64,000 bases of DNA from Octopus bimaculoides (lineage: Eukaryota): contig NC_068998.1 in assembly GCF_001194135.2 (NCBI RefSeq), positions 23,315,495 to 23,379,494 of the forward strand, read 5' to 3'. Below the pieces are notes generated by a model, which saw only the letters and a program-made list of their open reading frames with translations, searched no databases and was not told the DNA's origin. Both the position numbers and the translations under genes were made by a program. Below, one piece after another: positions 1 to 12,829 of this stretch; position 1 is the stretch's first letter, and the number at the start of each line of letters is the position of its first letter.

Positions 1-299
1 AATCATTTTACCGTAGAAATAAATTGATATTTTTGTATTTTGTGCTGCTATTATTTTTCCCATATTACTTTTGTTCGAAAAGGCAATTCTTACCGAGTGC
101 GAGTTAGGGATTTTATAATATTTGTTACCTTTAGGAAAGTGTTTATTTACCGCCGAAATAAATAATTACTAAATATTTGGGCTAATTTTTTTTTTACCAG
201 CAGTGTTGAAAGGTCATGATCTTGGCTAGTTTTGGAACAATGACAGCACCACGTGAATTTCAGCTGGACTTCTATTTGATTGAGATGTTATCTGAACAA

Positions 300-600
300 T
301 GCGGTTGATTCCACCCCGAAGACGTGGCAACTGACAATAAGTGCACATAAAGATACCAATTTTGCAGTGTGTATTAATGAATTGCAGCAGAAATATATGT
401 AGGGGCAGAAAGGAAAAGAAGTAATTGACTGGTGAATAAAATTGGATATAAATCTCTATTCTCCGGAAAAAGGCAGTTTCTATGGAGACATATAGATTTA
501 CCGATGTGAAGATGGACACGGCTTAGCAAATCAAATTAACTGGAGTTTTTTATGCTCTCACGGGTGTTACTCATCAGCTTAAATAAACGCTGCATGTGAC
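300..600 (+). mobile_element. Possible highly decayed Penelope-like GIY-YIG remnant
   Basis: Broken frames give KDTNFAVCINELQQKYM*GQ, EIYVGAERKR and LWRHIDLP, loosely like the PLE GIY-YIG pattern (YVG.T.R ... ARHFNLP). A CTGATGAG motif lies on the minus strand near 570. Weak similarity judged by eye. Confidence 0.3.
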
Positions 601-677
601 TACTGTAACAACTTGGATGCTACATCCCTACCAACCATAATTTGGAAACTTGTATATATATATATATATATATATAT

Positions 678-931
678 NNNNNNNNNNNNNNNNNNNNNNN
701 NNNNNNNNNNNNNNNNNNNNNNNNNNNNNNNNNNNNNNNNNNNNNNNNNNNNNNNNNNNNNNNNNNNNNNNNNNNNNNNNNNNNNNNNNNNNNNNNNNNN
801 NNNNNNNNNNNNNNNNNNNNNNNNNNNNNNNNNNNNNNNNNNNNNNNNNNNNNNNNNNNNNNNNNNNNNNNNNNNNNNNNNNNNNNNNNNNNNNNNNNNN
901 NNNNNNNNNNNNNNNNNNNNNNNNNNNNNNN
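678..931. other. Assembly gap (N run)
   Basis: Run of N following (TA)n. Confidence 0.99.
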
Positions 932-932
932 G

Positions 933-1020
933 AAGTGTTTTGCTCAAGAGCAAAACGCATCACCCGGCGCAGGAATCAAAATCACAATCTTAAGATCATG
1001 AGCGACTAATCCACCTGCCT
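933..1020 (-). mobile_element. tRNA-derived SINE fragment with CORE-like segment (family C)
   Basis: Minus strand reads ...GCGTTTTGCTCTTGAGCAAAACACTTC, resembling the start of the CORE domain (CTTGGGCAAGTCACTT) after a decayed tRNA head. It is cut by the gap. Confidence 0.45.
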
Positions 1021-1024
1021 TCAC

Positions 1025-1130
1025 AGACACACATACATACACACACACGCACTCACGCACACACATACATGCACATACGCACGAGCACGCACGCACACAC
1101 ACACACACACACACACACGCGCGCGCGCGT
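1025..1130. repeat. (CA)n/(CG)n compound microsatellite
   Basis: Directly visible. Confidence 0.9.
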
Positions 1131-1139
1131 ATGGTAAAT

Positions 1140-1290
1140 GAAAGACAGAATATGGAAAATACGAGAATTTTTATTAATCACGGAAATTGTTTCAACACAT
1201 CTAGCATCGACCCCTCACAGGTGGGATACTTAACAACTACATCACGAGTATCCAACAGTGCAGATATGTCTCGTTGTGTGATAAATAGAA
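1140..1290 (-). mobile_element. PLE-type terminal repeat (pLTR) remnant with hammerhead-like motif
   Basis: Homologous to 62273-62360, with 28/37 identity over the motif. It lies 3' of the minus-strand GIY-YIG remnant at 1692-2640. Confidence 0.45.
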
Positions 1291-1691
1291 ACGAATCATT
1301 GCAATAACAGTTCCGCAATATATCTTCTCATTTCATGTAAAGAATAGCAGCAAATTAAATTATATATCTTCATTTATTTAGAAGATCAAAAATAAAATAA
1401 CAGATGCAAAAAAGAAACGAACGCTCAGTAGAACGAGAAAAATATTAAAAATATCCGCTGTCGAATAGGGATGTATCGACACCCTAGTGCAAGCTGAACA
1501 GCGTATGCACACTCGTTCATATACATATTCACGAAGATGTAAGCATATGCACACGTGCGGTTAGGTGCACACACGTTCACATAGCAAGTTAAGTAGCTAC
1601 TTGGTGTTCATAAGAATGGGGAGGTTAAAGCTAAACGTAATTCATCCATACCTTAGAGTAAATTATGTTAACAGTTAAATTAATTCCCATT

Positions 1692-2640
1692 TCATTGTGC
1701 GAAAGTAGATTTATACGCATGTAGGCATCTTGAGAGTCTTTCAGAAATTCTATTCATGTTCTTCGCATTGGTCCACAGAATATACAGAGATTCCTCGCAG
1801 CATAACCAGCATCTCCTGGAAATGATATTGTATGGTTTTCCGTGACTTACTATGGAACAAGTTATGCTATATTTGATTTTCTCTTCCCTCAGTCGCCACA
1901 CAAAATCGGCGAAAGGTGTTGAATGCCTCTTATTGATTCTCTTGAAACTGGCGATTCTAAAATGAATCAGCCGTTTTCCCGATTAAACGTACGGCCCTCC
2001 CCTTGTGTGCACGGTACATTCATATAAAAGATCTGTAATCATACAGACGTTCATCAACAAGCATCTTGATTTTTCTCTACTTGAGCATTTATTATAGTTT
2101 TGAATATATGGCAGATCTGACTTCATTTTCCGACTTCGTTACCGTGTTATCTATATCGTGATGATTTCTACTATCACAATTTGGCCGTATTTTTATTGCA
2201 GTTAACATATCTTTCGTTCGTATTTAGATGCGTATGTTTACTAAATCCAGTAGGTGGTTTATTAAACTGTTACTGCATTTTACTATTGTTTATGCGGTGC
2301 ATATGCTGCTCTAAATTAGTAGACTTAGCGTAAGATACTTTCACGGTGAGCCGATTAAAATAGTGTGGTGTCTATTAGATTAAAGAAAACATTTGTTTCA
2401 AGCCGCCAAAAATTTTCGTCCGATCTTGGTTGAAACATGCGAACCGAAAATTTGGTTCAACCAGAGGACATCTGTTGTTTGGCTTATTTGATTGATGTTT
2501 TGTACAGGATTGGAACAATGAACTGCCTTATAAACTGTTGGATTATTGTGTCATGTGTGTCTATGAGTTTACGTTAGTAGTTCTTTGCTTTGACCAATTC
2601 GTCTTGGCCTATATTCTCGATCAGAGTAAGTTCGCATATC
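1692..2640 (-). mobile_element. Penelope-like (Neptune-type) retroelement remnant: linker + GIY-YIG endonuclease
   Basis: Minus frames give DVLWLNQIFGSHVSTKIGRKFL (linker WFNPPFS...IGK.FL), CMITDLLYECTVHT and RHSTPFADFVWRLREEKIKYSITCSIVSHGKPYNIISRRCWLCCEESLYIL, the PLE C-terminal RC.LC.EEK motif. Stops and frameshifts are present. Confidence 0.8.
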
Positions 2641-3540
2641 GTAAATTTGTGATGGTGTACAATGTGTATTATTTTTAGAGGAGTTAAGTGTTGTGTATGT
2701 ATGTATATATGTATGTATTCGTGTGTGTTATGTCTATGTATGTATACTTACTTATATCTAAAGAAATAAATTGGTGAGATGGCTTCAACGACGTGGTTTA
2801 TTCCATATTGCTACTATTGTTTACATAAATCGTTACGCCCTTAGTATATAGGTAAGATCATATTATTACCACATTGAGTAATCACTACTAGTCTTCAAAG
2901 ATGTAACATGTCATTTTTGTGGTATTTTCATTAAATCCTTTGTTTGATCAAATTATCATTTCACTGTATACAGTAACGAATACTCATGACACAAAACAAA
3001 AGAAGAAAACGATATCCAGTTAACTATAAAATATAATTCTACCTACACGGTCAGATCATAACGAAGAAGGAAAAGAAAATAGAGAATGAGATTAAGTGGA
3101 CTTAGTATTTCCCGAACTTCTCAACTATCTACATAAAGGTGTCTAAGGTATACCCTTCCTGTTATGATTAAGCATTTGGCATAATCTTACACTACAATTT
3201 GCTATCGTACAAAATTATTTACATTTTTCTTTTGATATTGTTTTCTTGGTCATTTTATGTATATCTTTAATCTTATATGCAAATTCCTGCAAATAATACA
3301 CTCTGCCTCAGGTGTTCTTGTATAAAGGAAAATAGGTGTCTAATCCGAGGGTCTAGCCGAGAAATTATACACAATACTCATACCAAGATTTTAGATAATT
3401 TGTTCTTTACGTTAGCAATCAAAACTTTGCAATTTGTGGAATATTCTACTATGATATACACTGAACGGTTGTGCTCAATCTCGTGTAGGTTGCTTCGAAT
3501 TTCTTTCGGTTACTGTTTCTGGAAACTAAATATTGTTTTC

Positions 3541-3742
3541 TACTCTACGCATAAGGACCATCCTTTTGGGGGAGGTGGGTGTGCATTCGATAATATCGAC
3601 CCCAATAGGCAACTGGCACTTAATTCACCGACTCTGGAAGGTAAAGTTGACCTCAGTAGAATTTGATCTCAGAAGGTAAAGACAAACGATGTATCGCTAA
3701 GCATCTCACCCGGCGTACTAACGTTTCTTCCAGCTCACCGCC
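3541..3742 (-). mobile_element. tRNA-derived SINE family A (Meta-domain-like core)
   Basis: Aligns by eye to the best copy at 40753-40971 (GCTAAGCAT...CCCGGCGT.CTAACG head; GTTGACCTC core). Confidence 0.8.
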
Positions 3743-4119
3743 GTTGGGAACTGAATATTAACTAAATTGCATTGTTAAGATCTAGAGTTGTCTGCTGGAG
3801 GAATATTTCTTCAGCGAAAACTTCAAAAGCTACCGTTGGTTTATCCAGACAATTGAAACATCATTTCTACAAAAAGTACGAATATTTCTGCCCACCTGCA
3901 TTAGTGAAGAGCCTTGCTGCAATCCATACAAAGTACAGTGTCTGACGTGGTTCTGATCTAAATGTATTTTAAACAGATAAAATCGATACAGATTTAATCT
4001 TTGTGGTAAGACGTAATCTTTAGAAGGAAATAAAATTAAATTTAGTGCTTATTGTAAATATTGCAAAAGGCCCTCAAAGCACTCAAGCCAAAATACCACA
4101 GGACTTTCTTTCCAACATA

Positions 4120-4275
4120 CCATATACATATACAAATATGTACATACATACATACTTATATATATATATATATATGTATATATACACATTACACACACAT
4201 TACACACACACATAAATAGATATACATAAACACACACACACGCGCGCACACACACGCACACACACACACACATAT
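4120..4275. repeat. (TA)n/(CA)n microsatellite
   Basis: Directly visible. Confidence 0.9.
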
Positions 4276-5906
4276 CCATCAAAGCATAAAAATTAGAAAT
4301 TATCAGAAGCGTCTAGCAAATGTCTCCTTTCCCCCATCATTTTGGCACTTTCTCCTCCTCCTTCTATTTCTCATTCTCCCTCTCTCTGTTTATCTCATTC
4401 TCTCTCCCTCTCTTCCTACCTAAATATGTCTCTATTATGGAAATAAATTTCACTAATGAGACTCATAGATATTCCCATCTGTACAATTCCTCGTCGTTAC
4501 GAATTATTTAGATAAAAAGGAAAATAAACTTTCTATACGTGGTCTACTCCAGCATCTCAGATTATTTTCTTCTTTCTTTGTAACGAGTAAGAATTGGTAA
4601 ATTTTCGTCCAAGAAATAATCTCTGTTCTTCAACTTTTCTTTCTAGCTTTTCCTTCATTTTACTTTACTCTCACTGTTTCTTCTCTTTCTATCCACCGTT
4701 CGATATATGCATGTATATTTGTACATAGATGTATATGTATGTATTTACTTATATCTGAACCTATATAAATACATATGCACACATGTCCACTCTTTGTTTT
4801 CGTTCGTCTTCTTCGGTGTATTTTTTTCGGCGTATATGTCTATGTTTGTGTATGCAATATTATTTTTAGGTATGTGTCTGTGTGCGACTTTTCTTAGATT
4901 TAGTTTGATTTATGTCTGTTAAGTTCTCTTCTGTCGAAAGACTGTCCATTCGGACTCGTAGAAGTTTTCAATAAAAGGGAAAAAAAAAGAAAAGAAATTA
5001 TTCTCTTCCCCAGTTTTTCATATAATTGAAATTTGTCTGATATACTGAATCTACTACACAGACAGAAAATGTCTGCCTGGCATTCCAGAATTGTTTGAAT
5101 ATATTGTTTCTCTTATTGGTTGGTTGTTATACGACTTGTTTTTGTGTTCTTTTTTTTTTCTCTTATCATTGTACTTTGTACTTTGTTCTTTTTTATTGTT
5201 GATTTTGAATCAATATAAATGTTGTTGGTGTTGTTATTAATGGAACGAAATTTCTTGATGAAGTCGTTTTCGTTGTTCTTACTTTTCTTGTTCTTGATAA
5301 TATTATCAATCTGACTTCGGCGTAAACTTGGCTAACTTATGCTCTGACTTGACAGTAAATCAGTTGACAACTACACAAGTCCACTATATCATCAATTAGA
5401 TTCAATGTTGCTCAGATCTCACGTGTAAAGACAAAAAAAAAAAAATTAATTAATTAAAAACAATCGTTTGCATGATATATTCAGTTCGTTACTTTTACTG
5501 CTGCAAATGTGGAATTTCGTTTTGTTCTTTTGTGCTTTTCTTTGCTTGTTCCAGTGCGATTCCAATGATTTTAATCCATTTGTGAAATACTTTATTTCAT
5601 GTAATCTCTTTCAAGGCCCTCCTCTTTGCGTCTTCCCCTTCACATTATTATCCATATTATTGTCATCCCCTTCTAAGACATCATATTCCTGATTAATATT
5701 ATCATTATCTTCAGTAATTTTTAGCCTTAGCGTCAACTTTATATCCATCATCATAATAGCAGGAGCACAATCACTATGGTTATTGTGATATTCATCACCA
5801 TCATGGTCCTCATCATTATTGTGATCTTCGCCATCGTCGTCGTCTTCTTAACCATCATCACCAGTGTCAACTTAAAATGGGATTATATAAATATAATTGG
5901 AGTAAG

Positions 5907-6282
5907 ACGGTAATATAGTAAATATATATATACCATACTACAGTAAATTATCTTTAAAACAAAAATATACAGTGATATCGTTACACCAAATATGATACAC
6001 CAACGTAGATAAAGTCAATACAATTTCCATTACAACAGTGACATCGTTAGTATAAATATACTACAATTATAGTATCGTAAAGAAATATTCATATAGTTAC
6101 TACATATGTCTTATTCTAACAGTCATATCGTAGCTGAAGATGTCATATGTCGACAGTGATACATGTACAGATGCCATACGACATCAGTGTTTTCTAATTA
6201 TATATCCATACCATACAAGTGGCAGCGTATATATAAATGTCATACTGCAACTCATTTTATTATATTTCCATATCAAATAATT
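5907..6282. repeat. Degenerate ~30 bp minisatellite, about 12 units
   Basis: Recurring ACAGTGATATCGT...AAAT..CATAC at 26-34 bp spacing. Confidence 0.6.
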
Positions 6283-6655
6283 TATTTTTAAATACTAATG
6301 ATGGCTAATTCCATAGACATCATTCTTCATGACAAATATACTGCTATGTGTTTGGCATTCTTGCTAAAGGTTTTTATCATTACTATGCATTTTGTTTGTA
6401 TGTTTACATCAACGGATATGAGGTCCTAGCTTAGCCACAAGCATAATAAAATCCAGAATTGTTACGTGGAAAGATATTCCAACAGTGGGCATAATGCCAT
6501 TTTTATATTATTCACTTGGAATATCTTCATCTGTTTTTCAGTTTTTCGTATGCGTGTGTCTCTGTATTTACTACTATTGACCGTATAATGACTTCATCAA
6601 TCTGCATTAATATGAATATCTTATATGCTTCGGTGCCCGCCAGAAAACAAAGCCT

Positions 6656-6866
6656 CCTCTCTATAATTGGTACAGGGACTGAAATTCTTGCGTACTGAGT
6701 AGTAGTTTACGGCGATCTCAGTGCTCATCTGGTACTAATTCATCGACAACGAAAGCATGCAAAGCAAAGTCGATCTTGGGGGAATTTGAACTCAGAATAT
6801 AAAAGCAGAAAATTGAGACGAATCATCTTGTCCGGCATGCTAACGATTCTGCATCTTCACCGCCTT
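6656..6866 (-). mobile_element. SINE family A
   Basis: GCAAAGTCGATCTTGGGGGAATTTGAACTCAGAA core/B-box and CCGGCATGCTAACGATTCTG head. Confidence 0.8.
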
Positions 6867-8209
6867 AGACAGGCCGTAATATAACATTTGGTCAACGATA
6901 ACATTATGAATTTACATATAAAAGTATATGGAGCACTTTGTTTTGTTTTGTTTAGACAATATTTGTTTGGTTAAGTACAGCTAACGGAATAATAGTTGTA
7001 TGTATAAATATAACAAGGAGTTAACTCTGATTGGAATGATTACACAGTCACTATGCAATTAAAATATAATATACTGAGAATGCGTGTCGGTTCCAGACAC
7101 AACAGAAATAATGTCTGAAGTATGCAACATTTTAACTACTACTAATGACAACAATAATTAATGTTTCCCCACTATCCCTTCACACAATACTACACGAAGA
7201 CAAAGTAAGAAGCAGCATAAAATGATGACTAGCCACCTATCCGTCAGTCGTCCGAGTTTCTATTGTATGCGTGAACAGCACCTATACTCGTGGACCATAC
7301 TGGTACAATGAATATCCCATTGAATCGTCTTTTCATTTATACTTATCAGGTACACGTAATCGGCTTCATCATATCTCCACAATTCATACAAGGATAGTTT
7401 TTATATCACCTTACCAGCCTCCAGATTGTTACTGAAGTAATGTCAAGGCTACTTAACCAACAATGCTTCTTTCATATACACAGAAATATTGCACCAGTCA
7501 AATTTATTCAACCATACACAGCGGCAGTAGTAACATCTACTATGATCAACTCACGCTCTCACAGAGGATTAAGTACAAAGTGCTAAGCGCACCTCATTCA
7601 CAGTATTTAGATAGAAAAGTTATAGATGGCATAATAGATACAGTAAAGCGGTGCAACGATATACATAACTTCTACAACATCGGTATACCGCCTATCTTAC
7701 TGTCCTACATCTATTCGTCCTCGTCCACCTCCACTGATTTCTTGAGAATTACCAGTGCTATGGTTAGAAACCCTACACATTCACCCACTGCCCCACCGGC
7801 ATGCTTTATCAGGCAGGTTTGCACTCTTAATTTTTCACCACACCACCTATTTGAATTCGTCTATCAGTCTGTCACCGATGCCACCATACTGCTTAAAATT
7901 ATGAGCGGATCGTTTCCAGACTTCCCATGTCGCAGTGATCTGCAAATCAGTTTCATTATCGCATCTCGAGTGTACATTTACCGGTCTCTTCATTTATTAA
8001 ATTATTTTCCCAAATTCCTCTTAATTTCTATTTAATACATAAGTCAGTTTGCTAGTGTAAGTCAATTTTCTAGTGTAAAACAAGCAAGGAATATTTCATG
8101 CACACAATATCGATTAAAGAATATCATAAATAGTCATCTTCATTTACCGATGTTATGATTATAATAGCATTTTCATATTTAAATGCTATGCTTTAGACAT
8201 CTAAGTCAC

Positions 8210-8409
8210 AGTATCGTTACTGCGACAGAAACAATACATAGCGGCATTTCTTCCAACTTTACATCCTGAATTCAAATCCCGACCAGGCCGACTGTACTCG
8301 TCATCATTTGGGAATTAATAAAATAAGTACCAATTGAGCACTGGGGTCGATATAATCGACTTGCACTCTCCAGCGAAATTGCTGGCCTTGTGTCAAAATT
8401 TCAAAACAA
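8210..8409 (+). mobile_element. SINE family A
   Basis: CCTGAATTCAAATCCC B-box and AATAAGTACCAATTGAGCACTGGGGTCGATATAATCGAC core/tail. Confidence 0.75.
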
Positions 8410-9630
8410 TTTATAATTGCAAGGGATTTAGCACACTTATCATATGTTTATGAAACACATCTAGAATCAGTAGCAAACGATCACGATAAACAAACCAATA
8501 GTCGTAGTATTTGCCGCGAATGTTTTCTCCAAATTACTTTTTGTTTCTTGTTTGTCTAATAATCTTACACTAAATTATCATTGCACCTCTTTCAAACTTA
8601 ATACGCCTCTGCTTGCCTGGTATCAAAACCGTTGTCAAATTAACAGTTTTTGAAATGAAATAGTCATTGATTTGATGAATGGGTGAGGCGAGACGTCTTT
8701 CATATGATTACATATCAACACTGTAAGGATGCGCAGTCACTTATCACCATGATATTTATTTGGCATTAATTTAATTCCCGTTAAGTGATAAAAGTAAAAC
8801 GAATATATACAATACTTTACGAAATAACTTTAGATGAGTACTTTACAGGTTCTGCATATATTTAGAGGAGAAAAACATTGTACTAGGCACAGAATACGCC
8901 ATGAGTATTAACTACTATTTGCATCGCGTAGTATGGAAAACTCCATCTGTTGTGATATTCAAGTTAACAGATGTTCGGCATATCCAATGGTCTCCATCTG
9001 TAGATTTGGCGCCGAAATTCTGCTCTTAACTTCGTTCGCTTGACTTTGAGTTAATTGGGTCAAGCAACACGCGTTAATACGTCGAAAAGGTTTAGCATTC
9101 CATGCAGAATCAAACTAATTCAGTGAAAATAAAAAGGTTTGAAATGAATAATTGTTTCTGCAGGAATGATGGGCTGCCACACCAAATTTTAAATTTCAAA
9201 GCATCGTATTATCACTGTCTCAGTAGAGCAATTAATTCAGTATTTTAGTCGTTTCATAGTGTATTAAGAGTGGTAAACTTATTGATTTTTTTTTCTTTGA
9301 TGGTACGTAGTATCACTAATAAAATTTTCAGCGAAGAGAAAGGAAATTCCCTGCACAGTCTACAGCATTTGTCTGACTGTTGACCTGGAAGGCTAGAGTG
9401 TCATGTTTCTATATTCCCTATAAAGTACTCAGATAAAAATTAATTATGATTTGTCCACATTTTAGAAAAGAGTTATATAAGTTAATGTAATAATAAAATG
9501 GTTATCTGAAAGGTTTTTAATGCATAAGATTGAAATAGGGAAATATTTTCTATCAGTGCATGTCATCATATTAGCAATTCTCTCGAATGGCAGTATAAAT
9601 GGTATCAGTATTCCTAAATAACATATTATT

Positions 9631-9821
9631 AATATTGGTTTCGCGAGAAGGTGTAAGTCGATTTCATCAACCTCAGTGTTCAGCTAGTATTTATTTTATT
9701 GACCCCGAAAGGGTGGAACGCTGAGTCAACCTCGATGGAATCGGACTAAGATTGTAGAGACGAAAGAAATGCTGCTAAGAATCTCGTCCGGCGTGCTAAC
9801 GATTGTGTAAGCTCTACGCCT
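9631..9821 (-). mobile_element. SINE family A
   Basis: TTGACCCCGAAAGG core and CGTCCGGCGTGCTAACGATT head. Confidence 0.8.
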
Positions 9822-9823
9822 TT

Positions 9824-10023
9824 GATATTGGTTTCAAATTTTGGCACAAGTCCAGTAATTTAAAAGAAGTGGGTAAGTCTATTACATCGAACCCAGTTGT
9901 TCAACTAGTACTTATTTTATCGCCTTCTAATGTATGAGACGTCATTTGAACTCAGAACATGAAAACGAATGAAATGTTGCTAAGCAATTTTCCTGGCATG
10001 CTATCGGATCTGCCAAATCGCCA
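9824..10023 (-). mobile_element. SINE family A (internally deleted)
   Basis: Tail TTTCAAATTTTGGCACAAG, B-box TTTGAACTCAGAAC and head GCTAAGCA...GGCATGCT. Confidence 0.75.
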
Positions 10024-10056
10024 TTTTGTATATTAATACCTTGTCCTGAAAGTTCA

Positions 10057-10283
10057 AGGCGTCGAGCTGCCAGAATCGTTATGCGGCCACGCAGAAAAAA
10101 TCGCTTAGCGGCATTACGCCCGTCTTTGTTTTCTGAGTTGAAATTCTGCTGAGGTTGACATTGACTTTCATCTTTTCAGGGTCGATAAAAAATTGAGTAC
10201 CAGTTGCTGATTATGGTTGATTTAATTGACTAACTACTTCCCCCAAAGTTTTAGGTGTTGTGTATATAGTAGAAAGGAATATT
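10057..10283 (+). mobile_element. SINE family A, near full length
   Basis: Head GGCGTCGAGCTGCCAGAATCGTT, B-box CTGAGTTGAAATT, core GACTTTCATCTTTTCAGGGTCGATAAAA and tail GTAGAAAGGAATATTA. Confidence 0.85.
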
Positions 10284-10780
10284 AGTTTGGAGTCTACATT
10301 GCATGCAAAGAATGCAAGTTATATACATGATTTGAGTATTTGATTTCCTTTCCACTTGAAGGAAGAAAAGAGTTTTTCTACAGTATGGTAGGTTCTACTT
10401 TTCATTATAGAACGTAAAGAAAATCCCTCGACTAGAGTAAGATATATCGCAGTCAGCCCCCTTGCATACTTTACCATCAGCTCCTTAACCCATTTCGTCA
10501 TCTGTCTTTATGTCCATTTTGATAAAATACGCTATTCAATTAACTATAAAATCGCGATTTGTACGTATATTGTTATTACTAGTATAATAGTTAGGTGACA
10601 GGCCAGATATGAATGAGTCACTTTCGTTGATAACATCAGCTACAATACTTGACTTCAACTTCAAATTTCTCGACGAAAGAACAATGAAAAAGATGGATGA
10701 CGGTAATCGGATAGTAACTTCAGTATCATTAGCAATACAAAAACTACATTTTTAAGCACTATTACGATTCGTCATATTGC

Positions 10781-10990
10781 ATAAAAACTTTCGAGGGGAG
10801 TATTACATAAAAACAATCGAGGGGAGTAGTACAAGTCGATTACACCTGTCACAGTGTTCAGCTGGTATTTATTTTATCGATTCCGAAAGAATGAAGGGTA
10901 GAGACAAACTCGGTGAAATTCTGAATTCAGAACATAAAGACAGACAACATTTCGCCCTGTGAAGAAACGATTCTGTCTGCTCGCCGCCAT
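10781..10990 (-). mobile_element. SINE family A
   Basis: TTATCGATTCCGAAAGAATGAAGG core and CGATTCTGTCTGCTCGCCGCC head. Confidence 0.8.
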
Positions 10991-11484
10991 ATTAAGATTG
11001 TCAATATTAATATTAGCAGAGAAATTCTTAATACAACTATCTATGCGGATCCCTACTGTTAAAAAGACAGATACCTAAACTTGTGGTTCGTATGTGTATT
11101 TAGCATTCATTTCGTAAAACAGAAACACAAAAATTAACCTAGCTATGTGCGTATCCAAATTTGTATGGCTTTAAATGTGCAAGATGCTACACACTTATTC
11201 TGCATGTGTTATATGTTTGGGTACGACACACCAAAATTTGAGTAATGTACGTACTTAATGTGTGCCTATTTTTTTCTTTGTGCCCGGCCTGAATGATGTG
11301 CACTAAGTCGTGAACGATACGTGTATTATAAACATGAGAAAAGAAGTAGTAAAACTGGGGGTCATGTGAATTAACAAAAAGGACGGATCACACAAGACCG
11401 AGAGTACAGAGTGGAAAAGAAAGAGAGAGAAAGAGAGAGGGAGAAATGTACACACACATAATCTGAAAGGGAGAAAGCAATATA

Positions 11485-11507
11485 ATTGGTGGTGGTGATG
11501 GTGGTGG

Positions 11508-11550
<43 letters not shown>

Positions 11551-11600
11551 AACGACGACGACGACGACGATGTTAATGACAATGACGACAACACTGATGA
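11485..11600. repeat. (GGT)/(GAT)/(GAC) compound trinucleotide microsatellite
   Basis: Directly visible. Confidence 0.9.
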
Positions 11601-12715
11601 TATCCTAATGGTGTGATTATTCTCGATTCTTATCTGAAAGATAAAAAAAAACTTGTTTGGAGTTATTTCGATATGAAAAATGAGATTCACACGCACAAAA
11701 ATAAAACAAAAGTCCCGGGAAAATCTTTAAGCATGAAAAATATATATTTAGCAAAAATATATTGCAAATATTGAGGATGAAATAATATCCTCATAACTAA
11801 CGTATTTATAAATCTTTAGTAATCCTTACTGGGTAGTTTTTATAAATATATTGAAGGAAATAACAGTCTTACTTAGTGCGTTTAGCTCTCGGCTAGCAAA
11901 CTGTTTAACATTAGGGGTGTTATTATTGCAAGATGTTTACATAAGAATATTTCCAAGGTCAAAACACTAATGAAATGGCGCTACTCTGAATTACACGTAT
12001 TCCGTTTGTAAATAAATATGAAGGGGACATAACTTGCGAGGTACTGGCAACATTACAATTATAGTAGGTTTATTCTATAATAATAAAGACAGAAGTAGTA
12101 CCACCACCTGTTCGATACACAATCAATGTGAATGCATAAGACATTGGAACACCTAGTGGTATTTTCGATTTAAACGGCATAGGGTTAGAATAAATAAAGG
12201 GAATATAGTTAAAGTGAAAGTAAAAGTAGCGTATTAGAAACATTTTGTATGGCTGAAGTCCCATGGATCGTATTAAACATGAAGTTTGACTTTTTGTTCT
12301 CCTCATATCTCTATCTGTTGTTTAGCCTTGTATATCTCTCATCCCTGACCTATGATAAGTTTAGTACGAAATGATGATTTCGTTTTTCGAAAAAATCGTA
12401 TATTTATGACCACTCAACATACGAATTCAAATTCTGTGAAGTTTCGGTGTCAAGTGTAAATTGAGAAAAATAGTTCCTGATATCTTTTCCTTTATGGTTT
12501 ATTATAATATGATATCTGTAAATAATTATTTTCATTGGTATTAGCGACACGTTGGTGAATATGTTCAGGAAGCTAAGACAACTACATTTCGATAGATATA
12601 AATATAGTCATTGTATCTTGTCAACAACAGTAACAGACAATTCTTAAACGTGATATTCCCAAAAACAGTTCAATATTTTATTAAGATTAAATTTACGATT
12701 CATACTGCTCTCTAC

Positions 12716-12769
12716 CATGATGGTGCTCCAGCATGACCGCGATCGCATGGCTAAAACGAGTAAAAAAGT
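12716..12769 (+). mobile_element. SINE family B 3' tail fragment
   Basis: GGTGCTCCAGCATGACCGC...AAACGAGTAAAAA matches the tail at 45138-45192. Confidence 0.6.
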
Positions 12770-12829
12770 AATATACAATAATTATGCAACGGTGAATACC
12801 TCGACAACTGCCTACGGGACAAAAATATA

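Noticed and set aside
5907-6282. CRISPR-like periodic repeat
   Set aside because: Units are degenerate along their whole length with no identical repeat and unique spacer structure, there are no cas genes, and the context is eukaryotic.
7463-8035. 190 aa plus-strand ORF, the longest without Ns
   Set aside because: It has no recognisable domain or splice context. The region has raised GC and may be the antisense of a decayed LINE, but I could not assign a family.
8673-8682. PBX-HOX-type site TGATGAATGG in homeodomain-motif-rich unique DNA
   Set aside because: A single 10-mer in AT-rich DNA is not evidence of an enhancer without conservation data.
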